Made by a program: the position numbers and the translations under genes. 33,836 nucleotides of DNA from Basidioascus undulatus (taxonomy: Eukaryota). The stretch covers positions 1-33,836 of the forward strand of contig JTLS01000081.1 in assembly GCA_000826855.1 (NCBI GenBank). Direction: 5' to 3'. The notes under the pieces are model-generated. The model did not search any database. It was not told the DNA's origin and saw only the letters and a program-made list of their open reading frames with translations. This document shows positions 1 to 9,204 of this stretch, in pieces (the stretch's first letter is position 1; the number at the start of each line of letters is the position of its first letter).

Positions 1-1018
1 AAGGGGCAGGAAGTAGGGTGATGATGATCAAGTTCGACGCGAGTTGAGGAGGTTAGAGTGAGAAAAATTGCACAGTACGGGGGAGGGGAGCGATGAAGGA
101 TGATGGATGAGTTCTTCCTTTTCTTTATCATCTTTATTGTGGATGGTTTTTATTCTTTTACGCCGTCCGTTCCCGCTACCTCACCCGTCTTTATTCTCCT
201 TCCTCTTCTCCTTCCCAGCACCACCCTTCTCTCCTTCGCAATTCATACAGTACCATAGACCTTCACACCCTTTCTTCCTTGCGATACCTATTTGTTATTC
301 CCTTTGATGAGGAAGACCATGATTTTTTTTTCCTTATTCGCCGCGCACTGGACTCGCTCGCTGCATACTCACTGTATTTCCTAGCTCTAGCCGCGCTGGG
401 TAGCTGTAGATTCACGCTACTCTGAACACGCACATGTGTTGGTTTGTCTGAATGTGGTTGGGTTGTGGGTGGGATTGGATATTCGTGCGCGTTGAGAGTG
501 CATGGTCAGTGAGGGTGGCACGTTTGAAGGGCGACGACACCCAGAAGCCCGGGCTCGGTCATGTCTGCTCCGGCTCTATCGGTTTGAAAGCTCAATGCTT
601 CGTGAAAACTTGTCCCGTATTTGGTAGAGCTGCTTTCACACTCATACTTGCCGCTGTTTGGGGAAGGAAAACGGTGGTGCCTCGCATCCTCCAGAGTGAC
701 ACGTCCGTGCATGCCAGCGCTTGCCATGAAGCAGAACAGAGCGGGACAAAGCCGTCATGGTGCGAGGGAAGTCGTGTCCTCGACAGAAGCAGATGCACAC
801 AATCTTCCATCGTTCGCTACAATAAAGGTTCGGAAAGGTCTGGCTATGCAAACAAACTCCCAACAAACGGCTATCCGGTCAAGTGCAGTATACCGGGATG
901 CACCAGTGCCAAAAAGACAAGCAAAGAGACGCCCGCCACCTTTCTGCCCCTTCCTCACGCACCAGCTCGCTCTATCTTGCAAAAGTTTGGCAGAGAAGCC
1001 AGGCAGGCAAAATAAACG

Positions 1019-1118
1019 CGACCAGAGCAGGATTTGAACCTACGCGGGCATAGCCCAACAGATGATCATTGCAGAAACGCGTTCGAGTCTGTCGCCTTAA
1101 CCACTCGGCCATCTGGTC
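1019..1118 (-). tRNA. tRNA-Ser(CGA) with 18-nt intron (1064-1081)
   Basis: Minus strand reads GACCAGA TG GCCGAGTGGTTAAGGC G ACAGA CT CGA A [intron] A TCTGT T GGGC-TAT-GCCC GC GTAGG TTCAAAT CCTGC TCTGGTC G. This gives a full cloverleaf with long variable arm, G73 discriminator, intron at 37/38, A and B boxes, and TTTATTTT downstream. Confidence 0.95.
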
Positions 1119-2468
1119 TTACGTAAGCTATTCCGCATCATGAACATCCAATTCCGGCAACAAAGAATGAAGAGAAGATGCTGTATAATAACGAGGCGAT
1201 GAGATGGGCGGAGTTTGAGATGAAGGAGTGGAAAGGTGAGGAGTGAGCCCCCAACAGCCGCTTGGGAAGCCTGATCCGTCTATGCTATGATGGAGTCCTA
1301 TTTCTTGTGGATCTCCTGAAGAATGAGTTCATCCCGAAAGACTTCAAGTAACCAAGCAAGTCTCGAATTCGCGGTAGCTTCAAGCGCGCGATGGGAATAG
1401 GACTTGGGGGGTGTAACCAGTGCAAAGGCAGATCTTGCCCCAGCCTGGTCAGCCGAGTACTCTCCTTCGTCCGAGCATCCAATTCTCGGTCCGATTTGTG
1501 AAGTAGGTGAGTCCGAGTTTGTGCTGGGACATTCTGCGCAGGCACGTCGTATCTGGTGCATGCAGGCGAGTGCGGAGGATCCCCAGCAAGTACGGCGAAC
1601 CGCACAGTCCGTAACAGGCCGCGCAGCCAAACCGTGCATGCAAGCATTGTTATTTGGATGATTTTTCAGCAATTTGACCTTCTCATTTCCCGGCGCTCTC
1701 GTTTGAAATTTTCTGGCAGCCGGCACGCGAAATGTTGATTTACAGCTGGTAGCAGCTGCCCGTAGGATGTGCGTGAATAAAGATAATTGTCATATGCATC
1801 CTTTTCCATAGTGAATATGGAAACGGGAGGGTTTTCTGTTTGTGTAAAGTCAAGGTAGTTTTGTTTCATGGTCCCAGTCCATGAATGGATAACATGTGGT
1901 GGGAAGTAGGAGCGGTGCTTTGCATCGTGTCGCACTCGATTGGGACGGCCGCTGGCAGCCACCGCCTGTATTTACTGATAGAAGGAGCATGTAATTCTCT
2001 TAAATTTAGGGCCGTATTGTTTAACAATAAACTAATATGGAAGTCTTTGTCGGAAAGTGCGACGTGGAGGCGGACAGGATGGAACCATTTTCAGGACGAT
2101 GCTTGCCGCTTCTCTCTCTCCTGAGGTGGATACTGGAGCCCAGGCAGCGTAAGAATATTTAAAGAGTGTTTTTTTTTTTAGAAAAGAACAGTCGCAACAC
2201 GTAACACCCAAAGTATTTGGGAATTTCGCACTCTCGCTTGGATTCGGGAAACATCGATGGGGCAGGCTGATCACTCTGTGGTCGGGAGGGAAATGTTCAC
2301 CACCCACTGCCTGGAGACTATGAATGACCAATACAATGGAAGGCTTACAAGTAAAAGCATTTGCAGCGCCCAGAACACGTGAGGGATGTCATTTAACTGC
2401 CACCTCTGCCTGCCGGTTCTCAAGAGGTCTTCTCAATCTTCGCTGCGCCTTTGAGGCACAAAAGGATC

Positions 2469-2572
2469 CGACCAGAGCAGGATTTGAACCTACGCGGGCA
2501 GAGCCCAACAGATAATCAAGATAGAAAGATACACATTCTAGTCTGTCGCCTTAACCACTCGGCCATCTGGTC
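2469..2572 (-). tRNA. tRNA-Ser(AGA) with 22-nt intron (2514-2535)
   Basis: Same body as the 1019-1118 gene. Anticodon loop CT-AGA-A, variable loop TCT, G73, and TTTT 6 nt downstream. Confidence 0.96.
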
Positions 2573-3289
2573 TTACATCAGTGTTCCGTACAGGTATATC
2601 CCGCCATCCAAATCAACGAGAGCACAATGACAAAAAGAATAAGCGTACCAGATGTGCCGTGCTAACAAGGAGGAGGACGGCAAGCGAGGTAAGCGTCTGG
2701 AAGGCGCTGAGCTGCGTGTGTGTGATGGCTGGCAAAGAGAGTATGATTGACGACTGGCAGTGTTGAATGAGCGCTGAGCAGCAGCAACGATACCTAGAGT
2801 GAAATCGTGCATCATGTGAGAAGCACCACTTTGATATTTGCCTCTTCGCCTTGAGTCAGATTGGTGCGGTAGTGGCGCTTTGTTTCCACCTGAGCGCGGT
2901 GGAACGCTGTAGAAATCATCTTCGTATGGACCCTGCCACAAAGAATTGTGTTGAAGTTCTTGAACTGTGCAGAACCTGATAAATTTTAAGGTTTGAGATG
3001 TGCATGTGGGGGTCTGACGGGTTCCAATGTCGTTGCACAGCTTCAGGCTTTACCGCGCTGACCAAAGGTTGGCAGCAGCGCTGCCTTGGCCAGTATGCTG
3101 CACGCTGAAGGTGAGCCGAGAGCATAAAACAGTCTCATGTGCCAAACCAGTTTTCAAAACATTGGTTAGAGAAGAACGCTAAAGCAGGCTGATTCATTGC
3201 AGACTGGGAAAGCGCAACAGGGAGATGACATGGCTCCAACGAACTCCGACAAAGCAACATTTCGCTCCCTTCTCACGACCGGTACTTCA

Positions 3290-4785
3290 TAAACCGCTCC
3301 CGCCAGACTCTCGACCTCTCTCAGCCTCTAGCATCCTCGGTCCCTCTCCCGCTTCCACCACCCACACCCATCCTCGGGTGGAAATGCCGAGTCGTAATAT
3401 TAAGCGTCACCATTGATTCGACGGGCCCAAGCCATGACCTGGAGTGTGGGGCATGCCTCAAAGTAGGCGGCGGCCTGCTCTGCAGTAGGCAGCTCCGTGA
3501 CACGCAGCGAAATGCGAAGGGAAGAGAAGCTTGAAAAGAAGGACGGTTGATCTAAGGGTCATCAAAATGGTTCAGACCATGAGCCCATATTGAGAATTTA
3601 GGTGGAGAGTGCGCCACTTACCACTTACCACTAGCATTCGCCTCGGGCCATTCCAGTTGTATGATATGAGGAGACTCTCCAGCGCCTTACACATCGTCCG
3701 AGCAGCTGGAGTAGCTTTTCGTTCTCCTTGACTTTGATCCACGGCCAGTCCTCGAGGGTGAGGCCCCGCAAGACCTTTGCTTGGTCGAGACCCATGGTAC
3801 GTTCGAGCCCACCCTGCGCTCCCTCCAGATGAAGAGCAACTGTTTGAACACTGCCGCAGGAGACCCGAGCGTGAAGCACCCGCGCGGCAGCTCGGCAGCC
3901 GTCGTGGAAGTGGATGAGATTGGCGAGAGCGCCTACCTTTGGTGGAGGGTCGTCGAAGGGGTCATTTGACGAAAGAATAAGCGAGGAAAGTGCAGACGCC
4001 GCCTTGAACAGCTGCGTATGTAGACCAGGTAGGCGGGCGCCACGAAACTCAGCCTCACATGTCGAGCACGCGCAGAGTTGGAAGCGAGTGAACAGCAAGG
4101 CTGGGAGGTAGAAAGTGCTTAAAGTGGTTCCGATTGATGTTGTAGAACTTTAGAGACTTCAAAGTGTCCGCCGAAGCCTGAAGAACAGAGCGGACAAAGG
4201 CCCTGTGGGAAATAGAAGCGGTGAGGTCAGCACCACAGACGTGTGATTGTGGACTGCAAAAAGCGTCACCTTATAATGGGATGCTGCGAGAAGATGTTCC
4301 CGTATGTTGTATACTGCCCCCAACGTTGATAAGGGCGACGACAACTCAGTGCGAATCTGGTGAACGCCGCGCATCCGGATCCAAGGACCCGATCTCCTGC
4401 CGGAGCTGGCACAGTAGAGCCTTGAACGAGGTTCGCAGAAGACCACCCGCACGTCCCAGAATGATCCACAGTTTTACAAGCCGGCCCTGCGAGCGTCAGG
4501 TCTAGTTCGCGAAGCGCTGGGAGCCCACAAGCGGCATCAAGCAGAGCGAGCGTGTCCTTGACTGAGGACAGTCGTGTCGGTGTCGGTTGCGAATGCGAGC
4601 GATCGAAGCAGGACCGAGGTGGTCGCAGGGATGGAGGTCGAGTGAGTCCTAAGCAAGTCCAGGTGCTCGCAGACTCGGCGGTTGACAAGGCTGAAGGATA
4701 CCAGCGAAGTGAGCGAGAGATGGGAAGCGCAGCGCAGCAGCTCCGAGGCGAGTAGAGTAAGGCGGTCAAGCTGAAAGTCCGACAA
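3290..4785 (-). pseudogene. Probable F-box/LRR(RNI)-like gene relic
   Basis: F-box-like segment LASELLRCASHLSLTSLVSFSLVNRRV is followed by LRR-like pieces (LPALRELDL, DTLKSLKF, LPTLRVLD then donor GTGAGG, FEACPTLQVMAW) in shifting frames. No in-frame ATG was found, there is a frame change without an intron near 4560-4600, and a premature TAA near 3400. Boundaries are approximate. Confidence 0.5.
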
Positions 4786-6725
4786 TGTGGTCTGAGGAGA
4801 AGGGAAGTCGGTACGGGAGAGAAAGGCAGAGCGGGTGCGTTTGGATGGAGCTTGGAGAAGAAGGTGGGCAATCGGACGTTAGAGCAAGGAGTGCGAGTAC
4901 GTCGGGAATCCAAGAATCCTGTTGTTGTTCCTTTCACGTTGGACGCGTCAGAACGCGCGTAACACGCATGACCGCCCCATCAGCAACTCAGTGCTCCTCG
5001 TTGGTACTTGTATCATCGCAAGAGTCTTCCGAAATCTGCAACTCTTTTGAAATCGAAAGGAGTTGAATAGTTGCGTCAGGGCTCCTCGCACCTCTCGCAG
5101 TTCTGCTCTACTGCCCTTCCAAGCCGCACTTGCTGTCGGTGGTGGTGGTACTTTAGCAAATGTCCTTGCGCAATTCCCAGAAGAACCTCAATGTGAATCA
5201 AAGAAGGATTCTGTGCATATTGGTATAATCACCACCAGACTCTGATTTACAGGTTTCACGGTCAGCGGAAGTGGGCGGTGAGCGGAAAGCTCTAGCTGGC
5301 AGCCAGTCGCATGTGAATTGACCCTCAACTTTTTAGTCTGGTTCCATCTTCACAGGTCTAATTTTAGGGCATTGTTTGATTTGCTTTATCCTTCTCTATC
5401 TGGTACTTGAGTGTACGGTGAAGACAGTGCAGTTGCTCGTCTGCAGACCTCCACAGCCCAAACTCAACAATGCCCGCGCTTCTGAGGGACTGCAGTAAAG
5501 AATTCCTTCCAGATTGCATGTGAACGTTTTGGAGACAGCACCTGCACCTCTGTTACACATGTTCGCGCAGACCGCTGCACACCAGATGAAGAGGCGCATG
5601 CGGATATGTGGATTCCGCACAACTGCTGCTGCGACGTTTGGAGGTTCCTGGGACTTGAAACCCCACTAAGAAGGGCTACTATGTACCATGTCATCAAAAG
5701 TACAGCGAAAGACAGCGAGGTCAGGAGTCACCAATGCAGCTTGCCGGAGGAGGTAGCCTGTAACCTCCCGAAAGGACCGAGGACATCAATCCAGCTTAAG
5801 TTGTTCCCAATTTGAATTTCCTGGGATAGCACTTTATGCCCCAAAAACGTTGGCTTCCTTCGATGTAGAAAGTGCTCGCACGTTGTTAGAGAAAGAGGGC
5901 ATTGACGCCTGATGCGGAGAGTCTGCGGCAGGACACGAAGGCCTCAGATTTGTACCTTGACCAGTCCAATCGAAGAGCAGGGGTTTAGGGTCGAAAATGG
6001 AAAATATTCTTCGCGGGCATCAGTCGTTTTAAGACGGTGCGGATCGGTGGGCCGCAGTCAATTGCGCGTTGGGACCACGACCAGGGAGCACTGTGTTCAT
6101 CCTTGGCACTGACCTCTGCACTGTACCGACGCAAATAACTTGCAGTTATCCCAAATTGTCTGCAATATAACAACCTACAGTCTACCTTTTAGTAGCAGAA
6201 AGTGTGAGTTTGAGTCTCGCCGTTCCTGGTTGTGCTGACTGCGTCCGAGTCGACGATGTCCTGGTTATGCGGCCGGACCGTTGAGCTGCAGGCAAACGCG
6301 GTACTCCGAAAGACCAGAGGATAAAAATAGTCCGGACGGACTGAGCGAACACAGGTATCTGGCTGTGCAGCTCGCATAGCCATGTTGGGCGTAACAGGCT
6401 GCCAGCTAGTGACATCTGACTGTACATACGGTAGCGTGCAGCCAGGCAGGCTGTTGCCATCATGCCATAACTGCGCAGCTCACAAGGTCAGCCATGCAGT
6501 CATACCTGCAGTTACACACTAATCTACGTGCAAAGGGTAAGGCTGCTTCCTGCAGCCCGCTGGTCACTGCTCCTGGCCGATTTTCGGAGCACAGAAGAGG
6601 CACAACCCTTTCAGGGTCACTTCAGACTGGAACGGTATGCAAAAGAGAATGCCAAATGTGTGCGGAACAGTGTTTGCCGCGGGGCACCAGCCGGCAATGA
6701 AAATAAAATTAATGTTTATAAAATG

Positions 6726-6816
6726 CGACCAGAGCAGGATTTGAACCTACGCGGGCAAAGCCCAACAGATGTTAGAACATTCTAGTCTGTCGCCTTAACC
6801 ACTCGGCCATCTGGTC
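6726..6816 (-). tRNA. tRNA-Ser(AGA) with 9-nt intron (6771-6779)
   Basis: Same body. Anticodon AGA, intron TGTTCTAAC, variable loop TTT, G73, then CATTTT terminator. Confidence 0.95.
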
Positions 6817-7414
6817 ACTTCCTGAAGATGTGTTCCAACTCAATACCAAGACGTATGCATTTCCCTGATTGAGTCTCTGCGACTTCCGACAGGTCATAGG
6901 ACTACTGGGAGCTTCCCGAAAATTGTAAAACGAATCCCGAGTAAACAAATAAACAATAAAGACGAGTATCAGTGAGCACCAGGCCGGGCGCTGTGCCTGC
7001 TCGATAATGGTCAGGTTTGCACACCGCGACCGCAGCCTCCAGGAGTTTTACTGGCCCTGCCTTCTCCGATGAACTGCCCGGAAAGATGGTGGAGGATGAA
7101 AGCGACAGGGTACATCACTTCGTATGTAACGGAAGGCAGCCACTCGGCAGCCCCACTTTCACCAAACGAGCATCGGCGGCAAGACTCCGGCAGCACGCCG
7201 GACTGGCCTGTTCATGTCTTTTTACGACTTCGGTACTGCTTACCTGTGAGCGAGTTGCAGCTCTGCTGAATTCGTCAAATCTGCTGCAGTGGGTTGGGTA
7301 AAAAACGGTCGAAATGAAAGTCGTCGAGCCCTGGGGGTGAATGCAAGTCCAGCTCCCCCATACAGTATCATTCTGCACAGATCGCCAACCAGCGGTTTTA
7401 TCGACCAAGTGCGC

Positions 7415-8165
7415 CTATGCCCTGCATCTCTTTACGTGTATCTTCTGCAGTCTGAAAAGTCTCCGTGAGACGACTTCGCGGCGCCCGCGCCTCATCCACC
7501 CCGCACTCCCTCCCTGCTGGGCCCCCACACTCCGTCTCCGCGGAGTCGGGAGCGATCGGAGTCGCTGTTGCGCAAGATGTTCTGGACGTTCCTGTTTGGA
7601 AATGCTTTCGTTCCATGGAATCTTTTCGAGGAAGCGGGTCATGAGGATGTGCGATTGGCTGAGGATGCGATAGCCACGGTGTGCAGTTGGAAGATGCGTT
7701 GTTGAGGCTTAGAGGGTCTGCGGTGCTCGAGCACGTTCAAGATGACGGCTTTTCCTCCGCCCGTTCCTTGACTTGAAGAATCGCTTGCACGTGCAACTGG
7801 TGCGACTTGGGATCGCAAACTGCTCTCATGCTGCAACGCTGGCAGGCTGCTTGCAATATGCTGCGGGTGTCTGGCATGTCAGCACTAGCGATCCAACGTG
7901 TGCAGTCAAGTCCAACCAGCTGAGGACGATTACATGTCCTCTGCAGCAGCCAGGCCAGCAACGCGTGCTCATCGATAGGCCCGCCTGCTTCGTTGGGAGT
8001 GCGAGAAAGTCGGAGGCACAGGCGCTCGCAAGCGCTGGTGGGGTCGTTTGATCGGGCGAGAGATCCGAGAAGGTCGTCGGGCGCTTGCGGCCGGCTTGGC
8101 TGTGTTGGGGAAGGAAGGCTAGAAATGCTTGTATTAGATCCTAGTGCGCTCTGTATACTCTTCAT
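7415..8165 (-). pseudogene. Possible MYND-type zinc-finger gene relic, divergent from pyruvate carboxylase
   Basis: The ATG at 8165 has a CACAACA-ATG context similar to actin. Removing a GTAATC..GCTGAC..CAG intron gives QRTSYC. Neighbouring frames give RC..GC, AACQR, PKSH and CKRF, which is MYND-like spacing but needs several frameshifts. Confidence 0.3.
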
Positions 8166-8437
8166 TGTTGTGAGGGTAGATTCTATCGATGGAGGAGATT
8201 GGAAGGCGGTGAAACCGCGTCAGGAAGGCGCCCGCAGCCAGGGAGCTCCAACTTTCTCACGCGGCTGCTGCTATCTCTGGAGGCTAGAGGGAGGTCGACC
8301 TGGTATCTCACCTGCTCCACGCATTGCGCCGGTCTTGCTTTCTCCCTCATCTTATCCTACCCGCCTCCGCGCATATACGCTCCCCCCCCTCCCCAACGAC
8401 CACACTCCCCCACCCACGCTCTGCCTCTAACTGCAAA

Positions 8438-9130
8438 GTGAGTCCGTGCTTAGCGAGCGCAACGGGAGCGGGGGAGTCAGTCGCTAGAAAGGTCCGGGGG
8501 ATCAGCGAGAGACTGGGATGCTGGCTGTGCTCAGCGACCCCCCTTTCGCAAGGGTTGTACGAGGCCGTGCAGCCTGCTTGGGAGCGGCAATCAGCTGGAG
8601 GGAGGACGCAGCTGTGGTTGTGCGTGGATGGTTCTGAGGATGCCTACGGGGGTGCCGATGGCCGTCCTCGGCGACGGCGAGCGACATACCTTTCATATGA
8701 CCTGCTCGACTAGACCTAGACTCTGATATCCCCTTCAAAATCCTCTACGCACGAGACGATGCGCTTCATTTCCTGTACTCCCCATTGACATGCACGCCGT
8801 TTTCTTCAGCGCAGGCGCTGTCCAGCACTCCAATCACCTACGTGCGTTTTGTCTGCTCCTTACATCCCGCCGTCTTGCGCCGTCCTGATACTGACATTCT
8901 GCTCTATTCTCTCATCCTCCTCATACACCTCCTCTTCGCCGACGCCCAACGACGTGTGTTGAAATCCGGGACTGCCCGCGCACGACTCACCGGACTGCCG
9001 TTGCTTCCGGCCGCGCGTCTGTGCGCTATTGCGTTTGCTTCTCGGGTTGTTTCACCGGCTCCGTCCGGACCGGACCCTCGCATATTACCTCTGTCCTGCC
9101 CCTGCCTCCGCGATTCTCTTCAATTTACAG
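8438..9130 (+). promoter_or_regulatory. Putative 5'-UTR introns of pyruvate carboxylase (8438-8809 and 8842-9130) flanking a ~32-nt non-coding mini-exon
   Basis: GTGAGT donor at 8438 follows a C/T-rich leader. TTGAC branch-like site and TTTTCTTCAG acceptor at 8809. GTGCGT donor at 8842, CTGATACTGAC at 8885-8895, TTTACAG acceptor at 9130. No ATG in the predicted leader exons. Confidence 0.55.
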
Positions 9131-9204
9131 TTAACGACCTTATCCTCTCGCAAACCCTCCCCATCTCCTCCTCGGTATCCTCTCTCCCCCCCACCACCAC
9201 CACG

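Noticed and set aside
107..331. 66-aa Phe/Ser/Pro-rich ORF, and TGATGA (C-box-like) followed by a T9 run
   Set aside because: The ORF is a translation of a low-complexity pyrimidine tract. No convincing terminal stem or D box with a guide sequence supports a snoRNA.
452..1037. 187-aa and 138-aa + strand ORFs next to the first tRNA
   Set aside because: No recognisable motif or codon bias, and one overlaps the tRNA gene.
2169..2572. tRNA head + ~290 nt + A11 tail on the minus strand as a possible SINE
   Set aside because: The tRNA is intact, has an intron and its own TTTT terminator. No target-site duplication and no second copy of the body were seen.
3614..3633. CCACTTA x3, giving tandem GTAAGT donors on the minus strand (stwintron-like)
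   Set aside because: It lies in a decayed gene, and simple slippage duplication explains it. No nested intron could be built.
5396..5620. CANMC..C..YCS pattern resembling a MYND finger
   Set aside because: The Cys/His ligand set is incomplete and no gene model could be built.
9081..9132. ATATTA (H box) and ACA near the leader acceptor as an H/ACA snoRNA
   Set aside because: The intervening sequence is a pyrimidine tract that cannot form the required 3' hairpin.
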